A stretch of 64,000 nt of DNA from Octopus vulgaris (GCA_951406725.2 OX597814.1:207080001-207144000), one strand, 5' to 3'; counted from the stretch's first letter, positions 13,404-27,293 are shown. Numbers and translations: made by a program. Notes: generated by a model from the sequence alone, not told the origin.

Positions 13404-15611
13404 TTAGTAAATTAACACACTGGTCTGTGGCGCATTCTCTTCTTCGAATATATTAATTGTATCAATAAGTTTGTCTGAGAGTGAAATGGCAAAATCAAAT
13501 TTAATATTAATTATTGACAATAATTTAGGTATCATAGAAGTCATCAATATCAAAGTAATCTTTGTGAAAACTGATAAGTCGAGATCATTTCGATTTATTA
13601 TATTGTTGCAAGCAAAGAAGAAAGATACGATTAGAAACAGTTTCACAATGGATTTACCAATCTCGTATCTCAAAGGAAAATGATGGTTAACAATTGTCTT
13701 GAGCAATTTAGCATTTATGAATTCCTCTCCGTATTTTTCCTGAACTAAATTTGGACGGAACATTTTAGTGAATTTTATAGACTGAAATATTATTGACTGA
13801 TACTGCTTTAGAAAGGCGTTCACAATTGCAATGCCATAAACGAAAAACATGGCAAGAAACCATATGTAACCTACACAATCGGGTTTAGCAAGTACTACGA
13901 TAGCTATGGTGAATATGTAGTTGCTTAAGATTTGAAAACTTACAAGAAATACGTAGATTGAACAAATCGCCCATGATATATAAAATGGCAACGATAGAAA
14001 TGTTAAAGGTACAGCAACTATCTTGAAAATATAATTGGGACTCAGATAGAGTGGGAAAATATAAACTTTGGAATAACTTAATGGTAAAGTTAAAATCCAG
14101 TAAACAATTGGGATTCCGTAATAAACGAGGCACAGAAATAATTCACAGACAGAAAATATAGCAAATAAAATTGTGATCGCAATAAAAAACCAAAGCAATA
14201 GGAATTTCCAGAAAATATTTCTGTTGTAGTAATATAACCAAATTTTCTTTATACGGTTAATCCAAGTATAAACTATTAAATGCCAGAAATTTGGGTTTAA
14301 AGCAGTAGAAATATTAGCTTTCATTATTGCATAGAGTAGATCATAATCCTGTTCTGTAGAAATATTTAAGCTGCCATACTTCTCTAATAATCTGATATTT
14401 TGAATGAGAAACGTGCAAGTGGATCTTTGATGTAATGTATTATAAGCGATAGTCTCACTTAAACGACTGGGAAGAACGAAGAGAATAAAGCTAAAAAATA
14501 TATAGCCGATGAACCACAAAAAGGGACCCCCGAGGAAGCCACCTGTATTTTCATAACTTTCTGGAATTCCTAATATTAGGGCGCGATAGCCCAATGGTAT
14601 GCGGTCTTGTATAAATATTTTTGTTGTTTCATATAAAAAGAAGTAATACATCAAAAGATCCAGGAGAATTACTAAAGGAAAAAACATAATGCAAAAGAAT
14701 CTTCTTAGTCTTGAGGCAAAGAAAGAAGAATAATGGAAACAAAATAAGCAAGACAGAAAATGAGAGAAGCTGTAAATACTATGTTTTCCATTGATCCATT
14801 CTGATTCGTATGGCATTGTGTTTCGATAGTAATATGAAGGTAATTTGGCTTTTGAAACAAAACTAATAAGCAATGGGAAAAATATCCACAAAACTGTTCC
14901 AACAATATTTTCATAATTGATAAACATACTATTTTCAATATTATTTCCTAAACAAATAGATTTGGGATGATAAAGATTACTTTCGTTTTTATAGAGTTTA
15001 CAGCAATAGTTCTTCACTATCTCCCGATTTATACCAATTCTTCTGCAAGCTTCATATGCGTGAGGGCTGTTCTTCTTCATGCCTTGAGACAAATTTACAA
15101 AAAAACACATGTATCCTGATTTTCCCATTTGCAATTTATCGATAAATACGAGTTTCTTCAATTCCTTGAAAATCAAATATATTATATCGCGTCTGTGAAT
15201 ATTTTGTTTTCTACATTTTATATCGATATTAATTCTTGGATAAGCAATATAGACATCTAACAAATTCAAAGAGTAAATTGAAAAATCATAGTAGAAATTT
15301 TTATATGCTATTAAACCGTCTGGTTCATCTGGAATCCAGGTAAAGTGTCTCGCGTTTGCAAAATAATCCAATGGTACAGGATTAAGAAGGTCATCAAGTG
15401 TCTTGTTTGATAAATGGAATTCAAAATTGAAAACCTTTTTTTCCAATTTTACTAAACGAGATAAAATCTCACTGACATTGGGAGGGATTTTAATTTGGCA
15501 ATCATTGTCGAGTTCCTTCGCTTCGATGTTTAGTGATGTCAGTGTGATAATAAGAATGATTGAAACAATAAGAGAACTGGTTGCTGTTGTTGTCGTCTGC
15601 ATGGCAGCCAT
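13404..15611 (-). CDS. Uncharacterised multi-pass membrane protein, paralogue 1 (735 aa, single coding exon)
   Basis: Uninterrupted 2.2-kb ORF in AT-rich DNA. Signal-peptide-like start ending IEA-KEL, ~200-aa Cys-containing ectodomain, about 9-10 hydrophobic segments. Full-length paralogue at 29611. Splice acceptor 10 nt upstream of the ATG and AATAAA just past the stop. Confidence 0.9.
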   Translation of the reverse strand: MAAMQTTTTATSSLIVSIILIITLTSLNIEAKELDNDCQIKIPPNVSEILSRLVKLEKKVFNFEFHLSNKTLDDLLNPVPLDYFANARHFTWIPDEPDGLIAYKNFYYDFSIYSLNLLDVYIAYPRINIDIKCRKQNIHRRDIIYLIFKELKKLVFIDKLQMGKSGYMCFFVNLSQGMKKNSPHAYEACRRIGINREIVKNYCCKLYKNESNLYHPKSICLGNNIENSMFINYENIVGTVLWIFFPLLISFVSKAKLPSYYYRNTMPYESEWINGKHSIYSFSHFLSCLFCFHYSSFFASRLRRFFCIMFFPLVILLDLLMYYFFLYETTKIFIQDRIPLGYRALILGIPESYENTGGFLGGPFLWFIGYIFFSFILFVLPSRLSETIAYNTLHQRSTCTFLIQNIRLLEKYGSLNISTEQDYDLLYAIMKANISTALNPNFWHLIVYTWINRIKKIWLYYYNRNIFWKFLLLWFFIAITILFAIFSVCELFLCLVYYGIPIVYWILTLPLSYSKVYIFPLYLSPNYIFKIVAVPLTFLSLPFYISWAICSIYVFLVSFQILSNYIFTIAIVVLAKPDCVGYIWFLAMFFVYGIAIVNAFLKQYQSIIFQSIKFTKMFRPNLVQEKYGEEFINAKLLKTIVNHHFPLRYEIGKSIVKLFLIVSFFFACNNIINRNDLDLSVFTKITLILMTSMIPKLLSIINIKFDFAISLSDKLIDTINIFEEENAPQTSVLIY

Positions 15612-15621
15612 ATTTAATTAT

Positions 15622-15645
15622 CTGTAATAATAACAGAAAAGAACA
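15622..15645 (-). promoter_or_regulatory. Putative 5'-UTR intron splice acceptor, paralogue 1
   Basis: Minus strand ttcttttctgttattattacAG|ataattaaat ATG; same spacing in paralogue 2. Confidence 0.65.
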
Positions 15646-15832
15646 TAAGATAATGAAGATTCGTTTTAGGTTCATTATTCCATAGATATTTCAAACAGAA
15701 AATATTCATTATAAACCTGAAAGTAAACTTTTTGTTTTTTTTTTTAGTATTAAATATAAATATTAATGTCCGGACAGGTGGTGTACAAAGCAAACACATG
15801 TATTAGTATAACGGTCAGGAATAGAAAAAGAT

Positions 15833-15915
15833 TTGTACGTTTCGAGCCTACGCTCTTCTACAGGAAGGGACATAGAAATAACAAGGAGAGAAAAAATGTG
15901 TGCAGTGGCTAACGA
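15833..15915 (-). mobile_element. Penelope pLTR fragment with hammerhead-like motif
   Basis: ctgtagaagagcgtaggctcgaaacgta; the same element occurs at 6040, 41088 and 44875. Confidence 0.7.
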
Positions 15916-15922
15916 TATATAT

Positions 15923-15965
<43 letters not shown>

Positions 15966-15968
15966 CGC

Positions 15969-16021
<53 letters not shown>

Positions 16022-16369
16022 GTATATATTTGAATAATGTGGGAAAACGAATTTCCAAATCGACCAGGTACACACCCTTTAACATTATATGCATTTTAAT
16101 CTGGAGAATATATACCGTGTATTCAACATCACCATATCGTGCAGTGGCGTCATGATTATAATATATTTATATATATATATTTATATAGAAATATACAAAA
16201 TATATAATAATATAAATTAATAATAGTTCAGTTATTGGGATTTCAATCAATAAGATTTGTGGGTATTCCATTTGAAATAATGCAAAAATAACATAACGTG
16301 TATTTATGTCGGAGCCTATCTCTGTCACGAATGGGGTAAAACATTATGATATACATTAAACACATCAGC

Positions 16370-17285
16370 GAATCTTGATGATGAAGTGTCACTACGCATT
16401 CAGAAACTCAGTTTTGCTTTCGGCAAATTAGAAGACCGCCTATGGTCTAGACATGCGACAAAGATTAAGGTATACAATACATGTATCTTAACCTCTTTGT
16501 TGAATGCTTGCGAAACCTGGACTGTGTATCGTAAGCACTTAAAACTTATGGAACGTTTTCATCAACAATGTCTGAGAAGGATTTTGAGGATCATCTGGAA
16601 AATGTTTGTGAGTGACGATGAAGAGGCTTGAAAGAGGGAAATGCTTCGGTATTGAAGCTTTGCTATTGCAGTACAGATTGAGATGGAGTGGACGCTTAGT
16701 GAGAATGACAACCAACAGAATGCCTAAACAGCTTTTTTTACGGAGAATTGGTGACAGGTAAGCGTCCGTCCCACAAACCAAAGACGTGGTACAGAGATTG
16801 TCTGAAGTCAGGATTGAATAAGATAAACGTTCCAATTGACAACTGTGAAGATTTAGCACATTGCCAAGAAAAATGGAAAAAAATTTCGTATGAAGGCAAA
16901 AATGGATTTGAAAGAAAGAGAATGGAGCATGGCAAGATCAAAAGAAAGATGAAACAAAGTGACAGGAATGATATTCAACAAACATTGATGAACGTGGTCA
17001 TCATACATGGGATGAATGTGGAAAGATTTGCCTTAGTAAGGCTGGGTTAAAGAGCCACATGAAATCCCACATGGCACAACCGCGCATTGATTATAGATGG
17101 ACAAAAGATTTCGAATGCATCCTCTGTCATAAAGTATGCAGATTGAAAAGTGGCTTGAAGAGGCACAGTAAAGTTCATGGAGCTGTAAACTATACAATTA
17201 CCAAGTTTTCTTGCGCTAATTGTTAAAAAGCATGCAAGTCTTTGGCAGGCCTCAAAGATCACATTCGTGCCGCTCATTGATGATA
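16370..17285 (+). mobile_element. RTE-clade LINE 3' remnant with C-terminal C2H2 zinc fingers
   Basis: RIQKLSFAFGKL..TKIKVY...CETWT...FHQQCLRRIL, RWSG, RMPKQL, then three CxxC-x12-HxxxH-like units at 17005-17280. Confidence 0.8.
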
Positions 17286-17371
17286 TTCTAGGGCATAATT
17301 AAGTCAAGAAATGGCTCTACTTGAAATCGAGTCGGCTACTATCATATATGTAAGTATGTGTGTGCGTGTGA

Positions 17372-17444
<73 letters not shown>

Positions 17445-17596
17445 TGGCTGTGTGTTAAGAAGCTTGCTTCCCAACAACATGGTTCCAGATTCAGTCCCAC
17501 TTCGTGGCACCTTGGGCAAGTATCTTCTACTATAGCCTCGGGCCGACCAAAGTCTTCTGAGTGGATTTGGTAGACGGAAACAGAAAGAAACCCGTC

Positions 17597-17600
<4 letters not shown>
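17445..17600 (+). mobile_element. SINE family A, 5' part (3' part resumes at ~19362-19482)
   Basis: Head and body match the other family A copies; interrupted within its internal (TA)n by the Penelope element. Confidence 0.8.
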
Positions 17601-17665
<65 letters not shown>

Positions 17666-17729
17666 AAACGGTAAGATAACAAAAGAAAGAAAGAGACCTC
17701 AATATTATGTAAATAGAGGAAATTTATCT

Positions 17730-19254
17730 ATACAATAATATGTTACATTACTCAATAGTCAAGATAAAACTCTGAGTTTCAGATGCCGAAGTGGAAATCC
17801 ACAACACCATCTCTTCGGTTATCTGGCTATTTGAAAACGCTATGAAAAAATACCGTTATACAAAGGGAAATTACTGTGTTATAACTCTGCTTGCCTGCGT
17901 ACTTATACATCGCTCGCATTTTTCGTCATAAAAATTATATAAAAATACATAAAAAATATATAAAAAATATATAAAAATATATAAAATCTTCTTGGGACAT
18001 AACATAGAAAGCATGTTCTATCTGTTTTCTTTAGGGGATCAAAAACGTAACAGAAATTTAGTCATATGTGGGCATGATCCGAAAAGTTCTGTCCTTGTGT
18101 TTAGACATGTAGTAGGGTCTAAGCTGCTTTTCCAGATAAGCCATCTCTCCATATCGCATAGACCGCACCTTCCGCTGCCGTTGGTAAAGGGCTTACATCT
18201 GGCCAAAATCTTCCATTGTATGTTATAATCGATACCTTTATCTCTTAAAGACCAAATATGATTAGATAATTGTGTCGCTTTTCTTTTGTTTCAGTGCCTA
18301 AAGCTCAAAGTGTGGTTATTGAACCTGGCCTTGAAATTACCCTCTGTAAGGCCCACGTATTTCTTCGTCGAAACGGTGTCTTTAGTGGTTATAGAGTTTA
18401 CGGTAGCTTCATATATGATGGTCTTGGACATGCAAGCTCCATTTAGCGGGCACAATTCTTTATTCCTGCATGAACAGCTGTTTTCTTGTTGTGTTTTTTG
18501 TATGTTATGTTTGATTATGTTTTTAAAATTGGTAGTGGAACTAAAACTAATTTTTAAATTGTGTCTATTGAAGAGTTTCCTATAAGTATGGTTAACTGGA
18601 AAATGTCTATCTATCAGTGCTAGGAAATATTTACCTATATTGAAGGCCACCTCGGGTGAGTAAGGGAGCGTAAACCAGATGACCTTCCTATTTCTATTAT
18701 TCCTTTTCCTTACTGTTGGGCTAGTAATGGGTGTATATTTTATTTTTTCGCTAAAACCACTATCTTTTAAAGCCTTATTATAAACTGGGGCAACGCTATT
18801 GAAGATGTCCTTATCAGAGGAGAGGCTAGAAATCCTCTTACTAATATTTTAAACTAAATTTTTGAAAACTATAGGGGGATGGCATGAACCTACATTAATA
18901 TAACTTAGTCTATCATTGGGCTTCCTATAAGGCTTATAAATATTCTTTTTAAGATCTAAGGAAACGTTTTTGGTCCCCTAAAGAAAACAGATAGAACATG
19001 CTTTCTATGTTATGTCCCAAGAAGATTTTATATAATTTTTATGTATTTTTATATAATTTTTATGACGAAAAATGCGAGCGATGTATAAGTACGCAGGCAA
19101 GCAGAGTTATAACACAGTAATTTCCCTTTGTATAACGGTATTTTTTCATAGCGTTTTCAAATAGCCAGATAACCGAAGAGATGGTGTTGTGGATTTCCAC
19201 TTCGGCATCTGAAACTCAGAGTTTTATCTTGACTATTGAGTAATGTAACATATT

Positions 19255-19262
<8 letters not shown>
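17730..19262 (-). mobile_element. Penelope-like element (Naiad-like) 3' fragment with ~300-bp inverted terminal repeat
   Basis: VIWFTLPY, CSCRNKELCPLNGAC, IIYEATV, KKYVGLTEGNFKARFNNH, LSNHIWSL, CGLC. 17730-18049 is inverted at 18962-19262, and each arm carries a hammerhead-like motif. Confidence 0.88.
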
Positions 19263-19306
<44 letters not shown>

Positions 19307-19846
19307 ACATATATATCATATATATATATATATACATACATACATACACATATATATGTATGTGTGTGTGTGTGTAAATGTTTATGTGTCTGTGTTTGTC
19401 CCCCCCAACATCGCTTGACAACCGATGCTGGTGTGTTTACGGTTCTCCAGCATGGCCTTAGTCATATTTACTGAAACAAGTAATATATATATATATATAT
19501 ATATATATCCTAATATAATAATGAGCGAAGTGTTTTGTATATTTGTCCAGAATCACGTGGGACGCGGAGGAGGAGAGAAAATAGTAATTCAGTGAAGGAG
19601 AAGTAGTGGGAGTAATAGCTCTGACTGAGAGGGAGTGAGAGAAAGTAATAGCAATGAGAGAAAGGAAGGAGTGATTGTTGAATAAGGAAGGAAGGGGTGA
19701 AAAAAATTAGCCTTCATCTCTGTATGAATATGTGTGTGTGTGTTTGTGTGTGTACAAAGGGAGTTTGTATGTGTGATTATTATGTACCGTATTTGTATAT
19801 AAAATACTACAATTAGCCATCATTATGGACGGCATGTGGTCATCCA

Positions 19847-20385
<539 letters not shown>

Positions 20386-20714
20386 GGAAAGAAGAGGTGT
20401 ATTTCTTGCAGGAAGCAATAGAAGAGAAGATGTTTGCGAAAAGGCACCAGAATTTGAAAAACTTGTAATTGTTTTTAAATAAATTTATTTATTTAAAATT
20501 TATTTATTTATTCCAAACTAATTTCAGCAATATTTTGTTTATCAATGATACAAATGTATAGAAAACAAAGCGATTTTAACAGGGTTTAAAATTACGAAGC
20601 AGAGAACGATGTTTAAATGATTAAATGTTGACAAAATTCAATGTCAGGGATAAATAATATCAAAAATGAACGGTGCGCGCACACGCACATATGCATTAAT
20701 AATTTAGGGTGCTT

Positions 20715-21112
20715 AGGCGGCGAGCTGGCAGAAACGATAGCACGCCGGGCGAAATGCTTAGCGGTATTTCGTCCGCCGTTACGTTTCTGAGTTCAAATTC
20801 CGCCGAGGTCGACTTTGCCTTTCGTCCTTTCGGGGTCGATTAAATAAGTACCAGTTACGCACTGGAGGTCGATATAATCGACTTAATCCGTTTGACCTTG
20901 TTTGTCCTCATTGTGTTTAGCCCCTTGTGGGTAGTAAAGAAATAGGTATTTCGTCTGCCGTTACGTTCTGAGTTCAAATTCCTCCGAGGTCGACTTCACC
21001 TTTCATCCTTTCAGGGTCTATGAATTAAGTACCAGTTGCATGGTGGGGTCAATCTAATCCACTGGCCGCCTCCCCCAAAATTTCGGTCCTTGTGCCTAGA
21101 GTAGAAAAGAAT
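20715..21112 (+). mobile_element. SINE family B, full-length dimeric copy
   Basis: ggcggcgagctggcagaaacg head with the core repeated at ~20785 and ~20965. Confidence 0.88.
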
Positions 21113-21472
21113 AATTAAGAGTGCCAAGAGCAATACGACTACAACCAAAAAATTTCTCTGACAAATATTAATTGAAATCGGGGTAATGAGTCGCCGTCCC
21201 AATAACGAAATAATTGTTTTGTGGTTATAGTTGTCTTCTGACTGCCATTTCTAGCGTGCTGGTGATACTTGTAGCATTCTTAATTATTAATTATGGTATT
21301 AATTATGGTATTTTCTTACGCCTGGTATGTCACTTGAAATGACCCGTCCTTTTATTCTTGTCTCTTTTTCGTATCATCTGTCTCGATGTTTTGCGTCCTT
21401 GTCCCACTTTTTGTATTCCTTTATATACATACATACATACATACATATATACATACATGCATGCATATATAT

Positions 21473-21510
<38 letters not shown>

Positions 21511-21573
21511 ATACATACATACACACATACATACATATATATGTTATATATATACACATATACACTTATATGC

Positions 21574-21642
<69 letters not shown>

Positions 21643-21711
21643 TTGAGGGAATATTATTCCTAACTTACAGGGAAAAACTCAATTTAGAAATACTAAATCA
21701 AATTTCACAAA

Positions 21712-21777
<66 letters not shown>

Positions 21778-21782
21778 ATAAT

Positions 21783-21932
21783 TAGAAAACAAAACACCTT
21801 TTATCAATTCAAAATAAAAAATTAACAATTAAATTACATCATCTAGAAAATTACATATATTATATGTATTTTTCGAGTTGGTGTAATTTAATTGTTCATT
21901 TTTAATTGATAAAAGGTGATTTTGTTTCAAAT
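21783..21932. repeat. Imperfect fold-back palindrome
   Basis: caccttttatcaatt..aacaattaaattaca.. mirrored by ..tgtaatttaattgtt..aattgataaaaggtg around ~21860. Confidence 0.75.
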
Positions 21933-21954
21933 TTATATATATATATATATATAT

Positions 21955-22108
<154 letters not shown>

Positions 22109-22402
22109 GGGTGCTAATGAAGCGGAGAGTGAAAGCAATGGATAGTGCGAAAAGGTAATTTTACCTTGAAACATTCAGATTAGTAGATTTATAAAATGTA
22201 ACACTCTGCGCAGTTGAACCGGGATCGACATAAGCTTTTATAAGATGAAAAGTTACATTGGACACTGACTTTGGTATATGTGAGAAGCAGGAATCAGAAT
22301 GTGAAATGAAGCAGGAATCAGAATGTTTTGGGACAAGGATGCTTATCGTTAACTAATTATTATTATTATTATTATTAATAATAATAATTACTTGTATTAT
22401 TA

Positions 22403-22590
22403 AGGCGGCGAGCTAGCAGAATCGTTAGCACGCCGGGCAAAGTGCTTAGCGTTATTTCATCTACTGTTACGTTCTGAGTTCACATTCCACCGAGGTTGAC
22501 TTTGCCTTTCATCCTTTCGGGCATGATAAAATTAGTACCAGTTACGCACTGGTACTAATTTGAAGCCTTGTACTTCCAGTAGAAAGGATT
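22403..22590 (+). mobile_element. SINE family B, truncated
   Basis: Head and core motifs present. Confidence 0.8.
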
Positions 22591-23129
22591 ATTATTAATT
22601 TTCTGTATTTAGAAATATTTTGTATCCATTTAACCCAAATTTTTATCTTGTATCCTATATAAGTTCCAGTTTTCGTAATTTCCTAATTGATGCATTCCCA
22701 TGATTGTTGATGTAATTAAAATGATTAAAGTGTTGACTGATGTTGCTATTTCTGATAATCGCATAATTATTTCTAGTAAATCGTGTAATATTTGCTGACA
22801 TAATTATGTGAAAATATAACCTCACCTAAAGCCGAATTTGCAGTTGTAAACAAATTGATGTCCGTGTGTTATAAATAAATATACCTAAAATTTACTTTTA
22901 TAAATTTCATAATACAGCCGAATGAATACTACTGCAATAACATCGAGAGGAATTTACGTAATATATATGAGGTCACTATGTGTATGGTCATTTGTGATTC
23001 GCTTACTTTAGGATTCCAGGAATTAAGGCTACAAATTTGTTTGCTCCCTATTGGTATTATCATTATTATTTGCTCATTGTCACAGGTTTTGTTGGAGTCT
23101 TGCATGCGTAGCGGCCTTATTACCTGCAA

Positions 23130-23360
23130 CCTACGCTACCATGCTATTCGTTCTTTTCAGCTAATAATTTTCCTGATTATTCTGGTCATGCCAAGGAGGC
23201 AAACCTTTTGTAACAGTTCTACTGGACACTCTATTCCAATTTCCTTTATATTCATCTTCATGTCTTCTGATACTGTTCCCAAGGAACCAACAATAATTGG
23301 CACTATCTTCACCATCTTCATTTTCCAAGGCCGAGCTATTTCGTACTTACAAGACATGAT

Positions 23361-23434
<74 letters not shown>

Positions 23435-24560
23435 CATCTATCTATCTATCTATCTATCTATCTGTTCACCTTCCTTATTGACTATTCGTGACTACAGCAT
23501 ATGTGGAGCACCTTGTCTACCACCACTAGGTCCCGGTCTATTATGCAGTAGTGCCTGATCTGTTTGGATTGGGAAATCCCAAAGGGTTTTGCTAGTCTCC
23601 GTCTCCGCCACTCCCTGCGGTTTGTGCTCATACCACGTCTTTCCTCTCTCTAGCCCCCACTTTTCGCACACTTTCCAATATAGCACTTTCGCTACCTGGT
23701 AATATCGCCACGACTTCTAGTGGTTTGTGGTCAAATCTTAAGCATTCCTTCTCTGTTGCAGATTCGACACAACGGAGACACTTGCTCATTCCTAAGGTTG
23801 ACCCTCCAGTTCGTGGCCAAAGCTGGTCTCTTTTTTTAGGGTTCCTTTCATCAACCAATGCCACCTCCCTTTCCCAGCAACTTCTGTGTCTGGCTACATG
23901 GAATTGATTGTGTAGTCCCTTCTTGCGTAATTCTTCCTCATGTCCCTTTTTGTACTTCTTCCTTTGTTTTCCCATTTCTCACTGCCATCAATACTCACTC
24001 GCTCCTAACTGTCGCTATGAAGGTTTCCGTACTTTGGGCTTAATATCTCATTAAGCTCTCGAGTTCGATACGCACGCAGTCTTCCATAACTATCAGTCCT
24101 CTTCCTCCATTTGCTCTCTTCATGTATAGACGATCAATGTCTGCACGTTGATGATGGGCTCCATGCATCGTCAGGAGCTTTCTTGACTTCCTGTCCATCT
24201 CCTTTAGCTCCTCCTCTGCTCACTTCAGGATTCCAGCGCCATACCGAACTACTGTGACTACGCGTGAGTTTATTGCCGAAGTTATGTTTCTGGTATGCAG
24301 TTTTGAGGCCAATAGTTTTCTCACTCACCGCATGTACTCTCTTTTTGTCTTTTCCTTCATGTCGTGGTATTTGAGTCCATCCGCATCAAGTATTCTCGGG
24401 TATTTATAGTTGGACTGAGGTTGAACTGCGTTCATCGTTTCACCACTTGGTAGCCATATGCCTTCTGTTCTGGCAAGCCTTCCTCGTCTCATCGCCATCG
24501 CAGCACATTTTGATAGTCTGAACTACATCTTTATATCATCGAAGAGGTGAAAATCAGGAG
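23130..24560 (-). mobile_element. R4/Dong LINE fragment (RT end, zinc knuckle, restriction-like endonuclease)
   Basis: YKYPRI, LYWKVCEKWG..WYEHKP...LWDFPIQTD...HNRP, KIVPIIVGSLG...LLQKVCLLG. Confidence 0.82.
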
Positions 24561-25099
24561 AAGAATCTTCCAGGAGAAAAGTGTCCCCCCACTGATATTC
24601 CCTTGAGTGAAATACTACAGAAGACAAAGTTGGGTTATGATCTGTGGAAAGGTAAAGGCGAGAGAGAGGAGACGAAGGGGCAGCAGGCAGCTAAGCTAGC
24701 CAAAATTCTAGTGTGTGGGGGGGGGGGCGAATTTATGTATAGAAATCTAAATTTTGGGGAGGACCTAGCATAACTAAGATATATAAATTTACGAAATACG
24801 ACAGGACGGCAATTTAACAGCTCTCCCCCAAAATCTGTACGCCTTTTCTATTACTTTCTATGATTACTAAAACTTTGAGATGTTTATAGATATTTTTGCT
24901 TTGTCTTTGTACAAGTTGACTCCAAGTCTCACCCAGAGATTTCAAGAGACAACAAGTTTGAAGTATTATGCTTAGGGTGTCACATATTTGGTTTTGCACA
25001 AAGTATTGTTCTAGAGAATGTTTAAGAAAACATAAGAAAATTATGAGTTTGTTTTAACATTTGAGATTACATAGACAGTACCTTATGTAGGATATGGGC

Positions 25100-27115
25100 T
25101 GTTCCCATGGGCACTATCATTTGAATTTCTGCTATTTTGGGGTTTCCTGATATCAGAGCTAGGTAGGAATCAGCCCATTATGCTATCATTTCTAGGACAT
25201 CTATGTCAACAGGTATTGTTTTAGTCTTAAGGTTCCACATTTTGCCAATTTCTGTTTCAAGATCTTTATACCTGCTGAGTTGCTGGTAAGCCATGACATA
25301 CCTATATGTCGATTGGAACATGATTCCAGCGCCATACCGAACTACTGTGACTACGCGTGAGTTTATTGCCGAACATGATTTTTTGTCTGACGTCTTTCAA
25401 TATGATGTCTGGCCTATTCGCATCTATCTTTCTGTCAGTTTGAACGGTGACTTTCCTGAGGAGTGAGATGTGGTCATTTTCAAGTATTGGAGGTGGTTTG
25501 TGTCCCTATCAGTTTTTATCCTGGGGCAGGTCCAGGTTTTGAAAATTACCCAGTGAATATACTGTGCTGCTCTATTATGCCTGTTGAGATACTCTGTAGG
25601 CGCAAGAAGACTGGACATAGATCAATGGTTTCATTTTGTTGTTTACATACACGACATGTTGGGCTACTGCTATTCTTTAATATGTTGGCCTGGTAGTTCC
25701 TTTCAGGTAGACATTGATCTTGGGCTGCTATGATAAAGCCTTCTGTTTCTGATTTTAAGCCAGAAGACACTAACCATTCATGAGTAATGGCTTTGTCAAT
25801 ACTGGCATTATTAGCTCCCTTGTGGTATTTACCACTGAGAGGCCATTTATCCGTAAGAATATCTAAGAAAGCAGTTTTAGCACGGGTCTTCATATGCTTA
25901 GCTTTTTCTGTGCTTGTTTCTGGGATTTGTTGTACTAGGAATTCACTTCGACAATCCTTTGCCTGTTTTGTTACTCAGTATGATGCTTTCTTGTTTTCAT
26001 GCTTTAAGACAAGTTTTAACATCCAGTCATCAGAGTTTCCAGGTAGGTGTTGAGGCCAATTGTGGCAATTTTCATTGCTAATTCCAGCTGTAAAAGTCTA
26101 CGGCATCTTTCTTTTCTTGGCAGCTAAAGTTGTTCTATATCTTCCTTAGTGTGGTGCATTCTATGCATTGTCAACAATTTTCAGATTTTTCTGTCAAGAT
26201 TACAGATTTCAGTGATTGACCAGTTAATGATATTGAAACTATAAGTCACGACCGGTATGGCTAAAGTATTGATCGCTTTGATCCTGTTTCTTGCATTCAG
26301 CTCTGTCTTGAGTATTGCTTTTACCCTGCGATAACATTCTCTTCTGTTCATTTCCCTCATCATTGAATGTTTTATTCCATCACCTTCAAATATCCCTAAG
26401 TATTTTTAGCTCTCCGCTGACTCTAACTCCTTTATGATATTCTGCTGGTGAAGATTAACGTTGGATGTTTCTGTCATTTTGCCTTTCATAAAAGTAGCTT
26501 TTGCACATCTATCGAAGCCAAATTGAATCCTGACGTCATCACTGAATTGTTTAACAATTGCTAGTAAACCTTGTAGTTGTTAGTAAGTTTTTCAAAAGAA
26601 CTTTAAATCAACCATGTAAAAGAGATGATTTATATTTTTATCAAACATTTTATATCCATATTGTACATCATTGAGCAATTTAGAGAGAGGTATAAAGGCT
26701 AGACACAAGAGGAGTGGTGATAGTGAGTAACCCTGGAAAATGCCACATGAAATTCTTACAACTCCAGCATTGAGAAATTCATTGTCACTGTTCAAAGTCA
26801 GTGTTATTCTCTATGATCTCATACTTACAGACAAGAGGTTTTGCAGAGTCGGTGCTATTTTATACATTTCCAGTCATTTCTTTAATCCATCTATGTTGTA
26901 GAATATCAAAAGCATTTTTATAATCTACCTAGGCTTTCGACAAGTTCATGTGTCGTTTGTGATAATATCTTGAGGTTCCACATTTTGCCAGTTTCTGTTT
27001 CAAGATCTTTATACTTGCTGAGTTGTTGGTAGGTCTTGACAGATACGTTTATGTCGATTGAGACAATCATATCAAAGAGGAGGCATGATTTTAAACTGAA
27101 GTCTATCCATACAAT
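25100..27115 (-). mobile_element. R4/Dong LINE fragments (second subfamily)
   Basis: GIFQGYSLSPLL, INHLFYMVDLK, NRIKAINTLAIPVVTYSF, LKSETEGFIIAAQDQ, CRVC, YLNRHN, RPNI..KYKDLE. Confidence 0.85.
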
Positions 27116-27126
27116 GTTTGGCCTAT

Positions 27127-27253
27127 TCTTCTTCTTCTTCTTCTTCTTCTTCTTCTTCTTCTTCTTCTTCTTCTTCTCCTCCTCCTCATCATCATCATCA
27201 TCATCATCACCATCACCACCACCACCACCACCATCGTCATCGTCATCGTCATG

Positions 27254-27287
<34 letters not shown>

Positions 27288-27293
27288 CCATTA

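Noticed and set aside
13404-15611. Assignment as a chemotactile (Cys-loop) receptor, GPCR or protocadherin
   Set aside because: Length, number of hydrophobic segments and motifs do not fit; no Cys-loop, DRY/NPxxY or cadherin repeats.
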